Shown piece by piece: positions 19,052 through 29,020 of a stretch of 64,000 bases of DNA. Location of the stretch: the IMG/VR virus record IMGVR_UViG_3300017963_000188, positions 1 through 64,000 of that record. One strand, written 5' to 3'. The translations under genes were made by a program, and so were the position numbers. The notes under the pieces were generated by a model. The model was not told the origin of the DNA, made no database searches, and was given only the letters and a program-made list of their open reading frames with translations. Numbering within the stretch: position 1 is the stretch's first letter; every line of letters begins with the position of its first letter.

Positions 19052-19429
19052 ATGAAATTCAGAGTCGAACTCGAAGTCACTGAGCGTGGTATCCTGGCCA
19101 ATGGTCAAGTCCTGACTCATGTCCGTACCATGCACATGCCTGACCGTCGATTCTACACAGGTGGTATCACCAGCAATGACAAGCGGCTGGTCTACCGTCG
19201 TGATCTGGTCCGTAAAGAACTCAAAGAGTGCTATCAGGTCAATCTCCCCAGGGGTGCCGAGATCGGGACAAAATGGACCATCGAGGTCGAAGTCGAAAAG
19301 TTCTGGGGATGGTATCATGGTGATGCTGATGACGTGACCAGCTTCGAGGATGAAGACTACGATGCCTATAGCATCGATATGGCCGATGATGATGTCCCAG
19401 TCACCCCCAACCATTTGGTAGGAGAGTGA
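19052..19429 (+). CDS. hypothetical protein
   Basis: promoter, RBS, GC-richer codon usage. Confidence 0.75.
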   Translation: MKFRVELEVTERGILANGQVLTHVRTMHMPDRRFYTGGITSNDKRLVYRRDLVRKELKECYQVNLPRGAEIGTKWTIEVEVEKFWGWYHGDADDVTSFEDEDYDAYSIDMADDDVPVTPNHLVGE

Positions 19430-19432
19430 GGA

Positions 19433-19771
19433 ATGAGGATTGGAATCAACTTTATGGACAACGATTTTGGTAACACCTTCCATGGTTTTGCCAAGGTGTT
19501 TCTAACAGCGGTGGACTGGAACGAGACGGTGGAGGGAAATTTCACCAAAGAAAAGCTGGCCAAGATAATCAATGACATGATGCTGCCCATGTATCTTCTG
19601 TTCCAAAGTAATGGTCAATGGGAACATACCCCAAGCATCAACATGCAGGTGTATCCAGAACATATCTACTTGAATGAAGAGATTGATGAAAAGCTCAAGA
19701 ACTTTGAGTCCTGGGCCAACTACTCATTTCTCTACATTGACACAGATAACCAGCAGTCTGAGATTTGGTGA
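19433..19771 (+). CDS. hypothetical protein
   Basis: ORF in operon. Confidence 0.7.
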   Translation: MRIGINFMDNDFGNTFHGFAKVFLTAVDWNETVEGNFTKEKLAKIINDMMLPMYLLFQSNGQWEHTPSINMQVYPEHIYLNEEIDEKLKNFESWANYSFLYIDTDNQQSEIW

Positions 19772-19783
19772 AAGGAGAACATT

Positions 19784-20137
19784 ATGGATTTTGACAGGTA
19801 CAAGAATGGTATGCCCTGGCCACAGAAGAAGGAGTATGTGAACCCAAAGGTGGAAGAGGTGGAGGAACACTTTGTTGGAACCATCCGTCAGATTGAAGCG
19901 GCTCGTGCCGATGCTATTGAAAGGGGTGAGGCTGAGTACAAAGAAGCTCGTCGAGCCTATGGTGCTGAGACTGCCAGGCTCGAAGCCCAGTTCAAAGCTG
20001 ACCTCGAAGAAGAGACGGGTCTTCAGAACCATCCAAAGAAAGACAAGCTCTATGCAAAGGCATGGGAGCGTGGTCATTCTGGTGGGCTCTCTGAGGTTTA
20101 CAACGAATACCTGGACCTTTCCGATCTTCTAGAGTAA
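19784..20137 (+). CDS. hypothetical coiled-coil protein
   Basis: AGGAG RBS; C-terminal KLYAKAWERGHSGG. Confidence 0.75.
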   Translation: MDFDRYKNGMPWPQKKEYVNPKVEEVEEHFVGTIRQIEAARADAIERGEAEYKEARRAYGAETARLEAQFKADLEEETGLQNHPKKDKLYAKAWERGHSGGLSEVYNEYLDLSDLLE

Positions 20138-20193
20138 TTACCAATACCCACCAATAAATATCATACCTAGTATAGTTCTATAGGAGGCTCAAG

Positions 20194-20328
20194 ATGGGAG
20201 ATAAAGAGTATAAGGAGATTTGTAAGAGAGTCCCTTGGTACGTTAGGATCACATTTCCCGATGTGGTACTGCCAACTGTAGCTTTGGGAATCGTAGCTTA
20301 CATGATTTACCGAGCCTTCTTCAGATGA
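20194..20328 (+). CDS. 44-aa membrane protein (absent from the ORF track)
   Basis: AGTATAGTTCTATAGGAGG upstream; MGDKEYKEICKRVPWYVRITFPDVVLPTVALGIVAYMIYRAFFR. Confidence 0.6.
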   Translation: MGDKEYKEICKRVPWYVRITFPDVVLPTVALGIVAYMIYRAFFR

Positions 20329-20453
20329 GCCTCTATACTGTCCAGAGAGCCAGTAGAGACGATTCTCTCTATGGACCCATACATGGAACAGATGATGATC
20401 AAAAGACTCTCTGTGGGCAATCTATAGACGAGAACTGTTGAAGGAGCAAAGCA

Positions 20454-20648
20454 ATGATGGTGAGCCTGAAGGGTCTGGTTAAAAACATTTCTGAAGTCCT
20501 CAACGACCCAGAAGTGAAAGAAATGTACCCTCATAGTGGTGGTTTTGCTTACACCCTTGAAGAGATGGCTAAGAACATGGAAGAACTCAAGGCAAGGAAA
20601 AAGGAGGGAGAGAAGGTCATTGATGAATTCTTCTCTTTATATGTATGA
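20454..20648 (+). CDS. hypothetical protein
   Basis: AGGAG RBS. Confidence 0.55.
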   Translation: MMVSLKGLVKNISEVLNDPEVKEMYPHSGGFAYTLEEMAKNMEELKARKKEGEKVIDEFFSLYV

Positions 20649-20869
20649 AGGTACAATTTGACAAGATAGGATTTCATAGCAAGAAGTCTGGGAAATGTCC
20701 GGGATGTGGTAAGAGAGCTACCAGGTCAAAGGAATTTTATCAAACCCACAATCCATGGAATAAAGATAGTGAGGGGAATATAAAGACCCCTCAGGACATC
20801 ATGGAAGAACTGAAGGTTAGATGTAAGGAATGGGAAGAAGAACCTACTTACCATGCTCGTTGTGAATGA
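20645..20869 (+). CDS. hypothetical zinc-ribbon protein
   Basis: CPGCG. Confidence 0.65.
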   Translation: MKVQFDKIGFHSKKSGKCPGCGKRATRSKEFYQTHNPWNKDSEGNIKTPQDIMEELKVRCKEWEEEPTYHARCE

Positions 20870-20914
20870 TCTATTTGTATGTCTCTCTATATGAAACTAT
20901 TGAGGGAGACATAA

Positions 20915-21319
20915 ATGGAATTCATTCAAGAAAATCTAGACCTCATTCTCAAAATCGTCAGTCCTATCCTACTAGCTCTGTTGTCATGGGGTTCAGTGAA
21001 GCTAACACAGCTCATCAAAAATAAGGTCAAGGATGAAGAGACAAAGCAAGTATTGCTGAAGCTCAATGATGCTTTGTTCACAGCCGTTAAAGATGTCCAG
21101 CAGACCATTGTGTCTGATCTCAAAGCAGCCAATGTTGATGGAAAATTGACTGGAGAAGAGATCCAAGACGTGAAGTCTAAGGCTATTGAAAAAGCAAAAT
21201 CATTCCTGGGCTCTAGCATCTCAGATATGCCTGGAACATTAGGGATGACCCAAGAAGAGTTTGAAAAATATATATCTTCAAAACTCGAAGCCATTGTTCT
21301 AGATCTTAAAAAGGAGTGA
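20915..21319 (+). CDS. holin-like (LL-H type) membrane protein
   Basis: N-terminal TM, then AVKDVQQ..GKLTGEE..KAIEKAK..IEA-like tail. Confidence 0.5.
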   Translation: MEFIQENLDLILKIVSPILLALLSWGSVKLTQLIKNKVKDEETKQVLLKLNDALFTAVKDVQQTIVSDLKAANVDGKLTGEEIQDVKSKAIEKAKSFLGSSISDMPGTLGMTQEEFEKYISSKLEAIVLDLKKE

Positions 21320-21322
21320 TCA

Positions 21323-21511
21323 ATGCCTATACCATTTGATCGTTTCAGATTATTGAATGAACCTACAAAGAGGTTACGAAATGAGTCTCGATATATGGGG
21401 CATGTCAAAGTAGATGAAGAAGATCCGGGTATAGAACTAGCTCCAGGACAAGAAGTAGAATTACCCCCTAGTCCTGAAGTTATTCTAGATATAGAAATCC
21501 CGGAGAAGTAG
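21323..21511 (+). CDS. hypothetical protein
   Basis: AGGAG RBS. Confidence 0.55.
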   Translation: MPIPFDRFRLLNEPTKRLRNESRYMGHVKVDEEDPGIELAPGQEVELPPSPEVILDIEIPEK

Positions 21512-21512
21512 G

Positions 21513-21776
21513 ATGCTTTCAAAACAACTCTATGATATATCAAGAAAAATAGCAGCAAAAGATGTATATGTATGGACCTTCTATGAATGTGAGCATGGAG
21601 GGGATATGGATATGTATGCTGCTGATGTAACTAGTTCAGGTGGTGAGATCTTAGACCAGAAGCTCAATGATGATGAATGTGTCATGAAAGTAAAAGTGAA
21701 AGACTGGGATTCATTTATAGAAAGATTCAAAAACACAGAGACATTTGAATTCTGTAGTCTTTCAGATTTTGTTTAG
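21513..21776 (+). CDS. hypothetical acidic protein with an LYDISRKIAA leader
   Basis: ORF in operon. Confidence 0.65.
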   Translation: MLSKQLYDISRKIAAKDVYVWTFYECEHGGDMDMYAADVTSSGGEILDQKLNDDECVMKVKVKDWDSFIERFKNTETFEFCSLSDFV

Positions 21777-21799
21777 ATGTAACATAAAGGATAAAGATA

Positions 21800-22237
21800 A
21801 TGCTATCTATATCCCCTTGGAACGTAAAACCTCCTCACATCCCATCTAATCAAATAAAGCTCAACAAGCTCATTTCAAAAATGACGAGTGAAGGGTGGAA
21901 GGGACGACCCATTCTTGCTTTGAAGTATTCAGATACGGTTAGAGCCTTAACGGGAAGCCACAGGATAGAAGCTGCTAGAGCTTCAGGGCTCAAAACTATC
22001 CCTGTCCTTACCCTAGACGGTCCCTGGTTTGAAAATGTCCTCAAAGCTGATTATGGGCTCAGTGCAGACCTGGACCTAGACGATGTGTTATGGCATGTTC
22101 AACTTACCTATTGGGGAAGACATAGAATAGCCATGCTTGCAAAAAAACATGGACACAAGAAATTCCATGATGTGATGATGAGAGAGGGAAAACAATCTCG
22201 ATCTCCAGTTATGAAGCCAGTGCTCAATCCTGCCTGA
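21800..22237 (+). CDS. ParB/Srx N-terminal domain protein
   Basis: GWKGRPILAL..ALTGSHRIEAARASGLKTIPV. Confidence 0.8.
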   Translation: MLSISPWNVKPPHIPSNQIKLNKLISKMTSEGWKGRPILALKYSDTVRALTGSHRIEAARASGLKTIPVLTLDGPWFENVLKADYGLSADLDLDDVLWHVQLTYWGRHRIAMLAKKHGHKKFHDVMMREGKQSRSPVMKPVLNPA

Positions 22238-22339
22238 TTCAACTAGATTCAATTTCTGTAGAAAAAATTTACAGATTCTGACTTCCAAAACTAAATCTTG
22301 ATGGTATAGTATATAGAACATTTTACCTGGAGGCTTACT

Positions 22340-23274
22340 ATGACCAAAAAGACAGAAGAGAAAAGATGGGATGCAATGATACCTTCTTATGAAGACACTG
22401 AAGGTGGAGGACAAAAATCTGATATACAAATTGTTAATCAGTCTGATGGTTCAAAACTTTACCCCTTGGATATCCGTGTTAGACCAGCTTTTTCTTTAGA
22501 TGAATTAGCTGCTGGCAAAGTAAACAAAGCTAAATATACACATTATTGTTTGTTTGATGGTGTTGAGTTTCTACATAAAAACAAAGAGAGTGATAAAGGT
22601 ACTGATGAAGACATTGGGAGACTTTTAAATTTTGAAATTGGAAATACTATAGAATATATGCTTTTATCTACGATAGAATTCATAGAAGATTCTTGTCAAA
22701 GAGAATTAAACCAAGTGCTGTCATTTAAAGATTCTGAAGTGGGAAAAGGAGTAGCTTCATATCTGGAGGGGGTGGAAATCTTAGTGAGAAGCCATTTTGA
22801 TAATTCCCCACAGCTTGTAGATCTTATGGATATGACGAAAGCTGTCTTACATAATCCGGCATTATCACAAATAGTTAAGCTCATTCATTTTGCTGGGTTT
22901 CAACCAAATATCTTGGTGAGGTAGAAGAACTATTTGATGTCAATGTGAAGAGACTCAAGGCACGGATCAGTAAAAGTCATGGTACAAAAAAAGTGAAGCT
23001 CCAAAAGAAGCTGGAGCAAATGAACCCTGAACAAATCTTATTGTTGGGTCGTTCAATTCAGGTGATGAAAACCATAGGGTCTTCAGAAGAAGGGGATGAT
23101 TCGGGACCCAAGCTCAAATATCGTTTATTAGTGGCAGGTCATTGGAAGAATCAAGTCTGTGGACCACAAAGGTCGGAAAGAAAACGTATCTTCATAGAAC
23201 CCTATTGGAAAGGTCCAGGGGAGGCTATTGAAGTGAATAAAGACCATAGTATAGAATTAGGAGAAATGAAATGA
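22340..23274 (+). pseudogene. frameshift-split homolog of the VxGHW...PYWKGP protein at 62328-63581
   Basis: ORFs 22340-22924 and 22945-23274 join by a -1 shift at the T4 run 22888-22891; C-terminal LVAGHWKNQVCGP..RIFIEPYWKGP. Confidence 0.5.
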
Positions 23275-24083
23275 TAGAAGTAGGGCAATGGTGGGAAGTA
23301 TGTAAAGACTTCAGAGTAATTGTAGATATTAATGAGGATGGTGTTATTTACGATTGGGCTAATAGAAATAAAAAAATACAGTCTAGGCACAAGTGTCAAA
23401 AGAGGACTTTCATTCGATGGGTAAAGGATAATAATGCATCCCTTGCTGAACCACCCAAGAAACATGTCACTTCAGAGCTGAATTTGAAATTAGATGGAGT
23501 GGATGTCTTATCTGTTGACCCGGAAGCATGGGAAGACCTGTTTATGACTTGGAAGTATAATGGATTTGAATGTCCTATTGTCCATACTGAAATCATATAC
23601 ACACCTAAATATGAATCATCATTGCATAAAGAGGTTTTTGAGTTTTGTCCCAAGCAACATGTGAAATTCTATGTAGAGCAAACAGTTGAACCTGACATAG
23701 CAAGTTATGAACACAAAGGGAGAAAACAGTATCAAGACTTATCGGCATGGTTATATGGGAAAGATGAAGAAACCCAAGCTGCTATTTGTATCTTCTCGTA
23801 TCTCCATAAGTTGAATTTTGATGATGTAGGGAAGAGATATATTTATAATATATTGAGAGGAAAGTTTGGGGATGATTTTATTTCACGACATAAATGGCAT
23901 CACACTCAACAACCTATACCGGTAAGGATTGAAGATATTTTTGATATGGAGTTTGAAAAGGGGGATTGGAAAGCTCATGCAAAACTTCTTGTGAAATGTG
24001 CTGCTGTCTCAATGGCTCTCAGTTTATATGAGTATGAAATGGTGAGAGTAAAGATCGAACCACCAAATTTAATACACACATGA
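23271..24083 (+). CDS. hypothetical protein
   Basis: AGGAG RBS, 270 aa. Confidence 0.7.
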   Translation: MIEVGQWWEVCKDFRVIVDINEDGVIYDWANRNKKIQSRHKCQKRTFIRWVKDNNASLAEPPKKHVTSELNLKLDGVDVLSVDPEAWEDLFMTWKYNGFECPIVHTEIIYTPKYESSLHKEVFEFCPKQHVKFYVEQTVEPDIASYEHKGRKQYQDLSAWLYGKDEETQAAICIFSYLHKLNFDDVGKRYIYNILRGKFGDDFISRHKWHHTQQPIPVRIEDIFDMEFEKGDWKAHAKLLVKCAAVSMALSLYEYEMVRVKIEPPNLIHT

Positions 24084-24313
24084 AAAAAATAGATATGAAA
24101 TGTAAATGTGGCTCAGAGATGATCCCATTCAATGGGAAGGTCGGTGTGGAAGGATTCGGTCTGGTATGTACCTCCATGAATTGTAGAAGACAAGTACCAC
24201 CAGGAGCTATGGGGGAAGATATGATCTGTGTAAGACCAGCCACGAGTCAAGACTACTTAGACCCTGAAGTCATGGTCAGAGTGGGGTGGGTCGTAACATG
24301 GGGAGAACTATGA
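24080..24313 (+). CDS. small Cys-rich protein
   Basis: CKCG and CTSMNC. Confidence 0.6.
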   Translation: MKKIDMKCKCGSEMIPFNGKVGVEGFGLVCTSMNCRRQVPPGAMGEDMICVRPATSQDYLDPEVMVRVGWVVTWGEL

Positions 24314-24318
24314 TATAG

Positions 24319-24855
24319 ATGAGTAACTTTAAAGACCTGAAAACAGGAACTGTGTTCTGGTATGAAGACTGCTGCTATAAAAAAATTGATGAAGCTTTCG
24401 GTGAGTATATTTCCACTGGATGGGTCTACTACATGAAACCTGACACCCCCATAACTACTTTGGAAAGAAATATGACCTTTGAAGAACTAGAAGTGGTGGC
24501 TCAACAATATAAGATTCAATTGCTACGACCAGAACCAGGATACCTTGATGAAGGTGGGATGAGTTCCATCGACACTATATGGCTACATGAATCCGAAGAA
24601 TGGAAACAAGAACTCAGCTTCTGGCATGAGTTAGGTCATGTACTACTGAATCAAGAAACAGGACAAGCCATGAGTACCATCTCAAGGGAAGGGGCTGCTT
24701 GGGAATTAGGACTCATCGAAGCTGCAAAATATAGTCGTCACTGGGAATACCATTCCAAAGAACTGGGGTGGGCTAGACAATGCCTGGCTAGCTACATACA
24801 CGGTCAATATGATGACCTACCGTATAAAAAAAATCCCAGAGAAAATAATATTTGA
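24319..24855 (+). CDS. HExxH metallopeptidase-like (ImmA/IrrE-like) protein
   Basis: SFWHELGHVLL followed by REGAAW. Confidence 0.6.
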   Translation: MSNFKDLKTGTVFWYEDCCYKKIDEAFGEYISTGWVYYMKPDTPITTLERNMTFEELEVVAQQYKIQLLRPEPGYLDEGGMSSIDTIWLHESEEWKQELSFWHELGHVLLNQETGQAMSTISREGAAWELGLIEAAKYSRHWEYHSKELGWARQCLASYIHGQYDDLPYKKNPRENNI

Positions 24856-24889
24856 GAATATGAAAAAAAATCCCAGAGAAAATAATATT
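24826..24889 (+). repeat. 27-bp direct duplication (period 37)
   Basis: AAAAAAAATCCCAGAGAAAATAATATT at 24826 and 24863. Confidence 0.85.
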
Positions 24890-24901
24890 GGGGAGGTGGA
24901 T

Positions 24902-25084
24902 ATGAAGGTGAAAGAACTAAGACAGATACTTCGTACCCTCAGGGATGATATCAATGTTATAGTCAGTATAAAGGATACGAAAAGAAACCTCTCAGATGTT
25001 ATCCCTATCCACCATGAAGGAGGTATTGCCTTAGTCATGAAAGGGGAAGATACACCTATACCCACACCACCTCATTCTTCGTGA
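24902..25084 (+). CDS. hypothetical protein
   Basis: GGAGGT RBS before MKVKE. Confidence 0.6.
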   Translation: MKVKELRQILRTLRDDINVIVSIKDTKRNLSDVIPIHHEGGIALVMKGEDTPIPTPPHSS

Positions 25085-25170
25085 TGAAGTAATGGGACAC
25101 ACACCATCTGGTTGAGGATAGAAGTCGAAACTGTATCAGCTATAGGAACCTTACAGTCTGGGAGGGAATT

Positions 25171-25533
25171 GTGAAAATATTTGTAAAAGGATATGTATCT
25201 GAAGACTTCTCTGAAGGGGCCTATCAAACCGATGGACTCACTGCTCTAGGGATATTCTATTACCATCTACAAGGGGCTGATGTCTTCCTTGAAGATGAAA
25301 GTGGAGAATGGTTCCTGTTCTTAGAGAACATTGATGATGGTCCTGCTATGGGATTTATTAACCCTGAACAACCACTGAAACAATACTTAGAAGCCCTACC
25401 CCAAGGGAAGGTGGATGAAGAACTACTCAATGAATGTAGAAACATCATAAAAGATATGTTCGGATTCAAATCTGTGCAGTCAAATGACCTCTACAGAGAG
25501 ATAAGGCAATTTGTTATCGGGGGGATGAACTAG
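25171..25533 (+). CDS. hypothetical protein
   Basis: GTG start with GGAGG RBS. Confidence 0.65.
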   Translation: MKIFVKGYVSEDFSEGAYQTDGLTALGIFYYHLQGADVFLEDESGEWFLFLENIDDGPAMGFINPEQPLKQYLEALPQGKVDEELLNECRNIIKDMFGFKSVQSNDLYREIRQFVIGGMN

Positions 25534-25625
25534 AAAGAGAAACTGCTCAGAGAGGGGTATAGTGAACCTCTCTTGTAGAATATTCCCAAAAATCAAACCA
25601 CGACGCAGCGCATCAAAAAAATCCG

Positions 25626-25769
25626 AAAATGGGGTGTTCACATGAAGTCGATTTTTCAGTCATCACATGCAAAATGTCTGACTTAAATGTATGTATGAAA
25701 GACCACCCCCGATCAAATACCCATAATGAATCCTTGACGATCTGAGATTTTTAGACACTTCACATGAAG
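25626..25769. promoter_or_regulatory. operator-like TTCACATGAA motif pair
   Basis: AAAATGGGGTGTTCACATGAAG at 25626 and CTTCACATGAAG at 25758. Confidence 0.45.
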
Positions 25770-25814
25770 CTCATAAAAATGAATTCTATGTATAGTTGAA
25801 TAGGAGGTGTCAAT

Positions 25815-26855
25815 ATGAAAACTATAGAATTTGGTATCCCCCTGAATATCAGGGATGGAATGATTAGCTTGAATGACCTAGTGTCTTGTCTCGGACTCAG
25901 CCCCAAATCAAGAAGTAGTGTGAAGAAACGAATCGGTGACCCCCACCTGAGCTATGAAGTAGTAGATGGGAATCGAACCCTCATGGTAACGAAGCAAGGG
26001 GTAAAAGAATTGTCTGGTACGCTTCGTAAAGAGGAGGCTCAGACCAGAATCAAACAATTGCTGACTCTGCTGAGTGATGATGTTTATGAGCCCCCTGTCA
26101 CATCCTTGGCTGTGGTGGAAGCAGAAGTATTTGAAGCCAAGGTAATCAATCTTGATGAAGACCCAGATAGTTTCAACCCCCATGAGTTCCCTAACTCAAA
26201 TCCGATGGAAGGTCTTGATGACCTGATGGTGTATCAAAGACAGTTTCAGGGACTCCCTGTCGAGTTCAGAACCAATGGTCAGATACCGGTGCTGACCAGA
26301 GAGCAGTTGGGGGAGAAGCTGGGATATAAACACCCACGTCTATCAATAGGGAAGATCCACAGAAATATTGAAGGGGGTCTAATAGGGCATAGCTGGGAAA
26401 CCGATTTGGTTTCTGGGGACCCTCAAAAGGGAGGGGGTCGAAGAAAGACTTGGATATATGACCTGGCAGGTATCTTGAAAATATGTGCTCGGTCCAATCA
26501 ACCTCTGGCAAAAGACTTCTCTGATTTCTGTTGTGACACAATCCTGAAAATCATGACCCACCCCTCAAGAGAAGAAAAGGTCATTGACCAGTTCTGTGAT
26601 CGAATCATGGCAGTGGGGGGCAGGTTGGAGATTTATCGTAACAGAGCAATCAGAGCTGAAACGACCAGTCAGATTCAGGTACGTGAAACATCCAAGCTCA
26701 GACTGAAGGTGTCAGAACTAGAAGAAGAGAATGAAGAACTCAAGAAGATAGTGAGACACCAGGGGAGGAAGATTAATTTCTTGGAGGGGGAGGTGGAGAG
26801 ATTAGAGGACGAGCTGGATATAAGAAGTACCATTTCTGTTGTCAGGACTTCCTAG
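25815..26855 (+). CDS. Bro-N-like DNA-binding protein with C-terminal coiled coil
   Basis: VLTREQLGEKLGYKHPRLSIGKIH..YDLAGILKICARSNQPLAKDF; paralog of 38281-39207. Confidence 0.6.
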   Translation: MKTIEFGIPLNIRDGMISLNDLVSCLGLSPKSRSSVKKRIGDPHLSYEVVDGNRTLMVTKQGVKELSGTLRKEEAQTRIKQLLTLLSDDVYEPPVTSLAVVEAEVFEAKVINLDEDPDSFNPHEFPNSNPMEGLDDLMVYQRQFQGLPVEFRTNGQIPVLTREQLGEKLGYKHPRLSIGKIHRNIEGGLIGHSWETDLVSGDPQKGGGRRKTWIYDLAGILKICARSNQPLAKDFSDFCCDTILKIMTHPSREEKVIDQFCDRIMAVGGRLEIYRNRAIRAETTSQIQVRETSKLRLKVSELEEENEELKKIVRHQGRKINFLEGEVERLEDELDIRSTISVVRTS

Positions 26856-26880
26856 TTTCAAAAAATAAAAAAATAAAAAC

Positions 26881-27106
26881 TACAAAATCCCAGAAAGTTT
26901 CAGTATAGAATAGTAGCTGGGGGTAACGGTTACACGACCTAACCCCTCCAGGAGAAGGAACGCTTCGGGGGGATCTGTCCTGGGGAATATGGGACAGGTC
27001 GGTCCTCCCCATCCCCCTAGCCTTTCGACCGGGGGTATCTGTTCTCGAAACCCCTTAGGAGCATCAAGCTCTATATTTATATACTGAGACTTTTCTGATT
27101 TTTAAA
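26881..27106. other. non-coding cassette A between convergent promoters (core on the minus strand)
   Basis: TACAAA-N17-TATAGA (+, 26881-26909), TTTAAA-N17-TATATA (-, 27106-27078); core 26956-27012. Confidence 0.75.
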
Positions 27107-27147
27107 GTATTAATTAACATTCTATATAGAAACTTTGGAGGTAAACT

Positions 27148-27474
27148 ATGTACCGATATTCCAAGAGAGCTGACTATTTAACTCAAAAACATCCTGAACT
27201 AAGAAAGGGAAACACCATGTACCGTTATAGACAAGCCCGTAGAGTTAGAGCTGCCTCCTTATTAGAGATGCAGCGTGAATACAATCGTGGATTGTCTGAC
27301 CTCGAAAATGGGTATGCTGTCATGATGAAGTTGGCAGATACCTATGCTGCTGAATCTCAATATGTGAATCACCAAGCCCTCGATACTCTCAGAGAAGTGC
27401 TGGCTGACCTCCATGACCTGGTAAATGTCAACCTGAGAACTATTCAGACTCAACTTTGGGAGGATGCAAATTAA
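27148..27474 (+). CDS. MYRY-leader protein with two tandem leaders
   Basis: MYRYSKRA at 27148 and MYRYRQARRVRA at 27217. Confidence 0.75.
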   Translation: MYRYSKRADYLTQKHPELRKGNTMYRYRQARRVRAASLLEMQREYNRGLSDLENGYAVMMKLADTYAAESQYVNHQALDTLREVLADLHDLVNVNLRTIQTQLWEDAN

Positions 27475-27607
27475 GCCATGGATACCCAAGAGCCATAAGA
27501 AAGCATCCCTAGAACGTATGAAAGGTTATGGTTCATATTCTCGTAGAAGTCGTAGAACCAGAATGGTGAGAGCTACAGTAGAATGGGGTGTAGACGAAGA
27601 GGAATGA
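27464..27607 (+). CDS. 47-aa ORF with an RRSRRTRMVRA motif (absent from the track)
   Basis: MQIKPWIPKSHKKASLERMKGYGSYSRRSRRTRMVRATVEWGVDEEE. Confidence 0.4.
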   Translation: MQIKPWIPKSHKKASLERMKGYGSYSRRSRRTRMVRATVEWGVDEEE

Positions 27608-27668
27608 AACAAAATCTATGTTTCGTCACTATTGTTAGCTAATGATGCTAACACGATAGGAGATACAC

Positions 27669-27911
27669 ATGTACCGATACCGTAAAGCCCGAAGGGTGAG
27701 AGCCATGGGTATATTGCCTGATGAGATACTTGTTCGTTTGGATCAGCTAGAGAAAGATGCCAAGACGTTACAGAAGCAATACCAAGTCTTGGCAAATGAC
27801 ATGGCAATGAACCCACAGGTTGACCCTGAAGATGTTGATGACTTTATAGATGTAGTCAATGCTGTGAACGACCTCGTATATGATATCCAGAAGTATCGGA
27901 GAGGTTACTAA
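27669..27911 (+). CDS. MYRY-leader small acidic protein
   Basis: AGGAG RBS; MYRYRKARRVRA. Confidence 0.75.
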   Translation: MYRYRKARRVRAMGILPDEILVRLDQLEKDAKTLQKQYQVLANDMAMNPQVDPEDVDDFIDVVNAVNDLVYDIQKYRRGY

Positions 27912-27981
27912 CCCCCTGCAATAATTTATTTATAAATGTTACAAAAGACAGAATTTGTAACGTTTCATTGGAGATCTGAAG

Positions 27982-28368
27982 ATGAGACTAACAGCCAAAG
28001 ATTTGAGTCCTGAGACAGTGGACCTCATCCAAACAGCTAATGGTGATCCAGAGGTGGTGAAGTTACGTAAGGAACTGACCCTCTACAAAAAGAATGATCC
28101 AGGTCTGGCTATGATGAGAAGTAAGGTCACTACTTCCATTATGAAGTTCAATGAAGATTTGGGGAGAGCTTTGGATAAGTATAAAAGATTCCCTTCAGAC
28201 TCTGTTCTTGAAAAGTTAATTGACAAGAACTGGAAAAGAGCTGGGGTGGTTGATGACTTTGAAGGGATGTTCAAGGATTACTGCTTAGGTGTTATAGCTA
28301 AGGTGAAGAGTCTCAAGTCTACAGTGTCTGGTAAACTCAGAGCCCTTGCATCACAAATCTGTAAATGA
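27982..28368 (+). CDS. hypothetical protein ending in KLRALASQI
   Basis: GGAG RBS. Confidence 0.65.
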   Translation: MRLTAKDLSPETVDLIQTANGDPEVVKLRKELTLYKKNDPGLAMMRSKVTTSIMKFNEDLGRALDKYKRFPSDSVLEKLIDKNWKRAGVVDDFEGMFKDYCLGVIAKVKSLKSTVSGKLRALASQICK

Positions 28369-28811
28369 ACTCCAGAGTAAAGCACATCATTGACACGATG
28401 GATCATTCAGATCCATTTGCCCCCAATCTGAATGAATGGCCCCTGGTGATAGTGACCTACCCCAAAGTATCCAGGCAGGTACTTATCGAGCATTTAAAAA
28501 ATGGAACTGACCTCACCCCCTTTGATAAGGTAGGGGAGTATTATGGTCTAGTGCTTGATAGTAGGAATGATGAACAGGCAACGGCTATGGAACGTAGAGC
28601 AGGGGCAGACTCTTTAGCTCAGATACAAAAACGTCTCGATAGGGGTGAGTGCAATCTTACATGTATAGCCATAGTGAACAATGCAGGTCCCTTCCTAAAG
28701 ACTGTACTCAACATCGTACTCATGCTCCAGAACATATCAATCCCAGTCAAGATGTTCAGTCATTTGCTTGAAGCAAAGTCCTGGGCTCTGAATGAAATTT
28801 ATAGAAAATAG
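28365..28811 (+). CDS. hypothetical protein, possibly STAS/SEC14-like
   Basis: EWPLVIVTYP..LVLDSR..CIAIVNN..PVKMFSHLLEAKSWA pattern. Confidence 0.4.
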   Translation: MNSRVKHIIDTMDHSDPFAPNLNEWPLVIVTYPKVSRQVLIEHLKNGTDLTPFDKVGEYYGLVLDSRNDEQATAMERRAGADSLAQIQKRLDRGECNLTCIAIVNNAGPFLKTVLNIVLMLQNISIPVKMFSHLLEAKSWALNEIYRK

Positions 28812-28814
28812 TTC

Positions 28815-29010
28815 TACAAAATCTCAGAAAGTTTCAGTATAGAATAATAGGGAGAGGGGACTTCAAAAGACCCCTGGACCCATGGGGAGGTCTGGTCTGT
28901 AGACAGTCCCTTGATAGATCTCCCCGAAGCCATGCTCCCTCAACCGGCCCCAGGTCTCGATACCCTTTTGCCTGTCATTATTATATACTGAAGAAAATCT
29001 AGATTTTAAA
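28815..29010. other. non-coding cassette B between convergent promoters
   Basis: TACAAA-N17-TATAGA (+, 28815-28843), TTTAAA-N17-TATATA (-, 29010-28982); core 28881-28935. Confidence 0.75.
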
Positions 29011-29020
29011 TAAAAAGTTC

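Noticed and set aside
20325-20460. Short ORF MSLYTVQ...TLCGQSIDENC as TGA readthrough
   Set aside because: More simply a truncated remnant; no support for recoding elsewhere
22327-22340. GGAGGCTTA as a third CRISPR repeat copy
   Set aside because: Only 9 nt match; it is simply the RBS of the ORF at 22340
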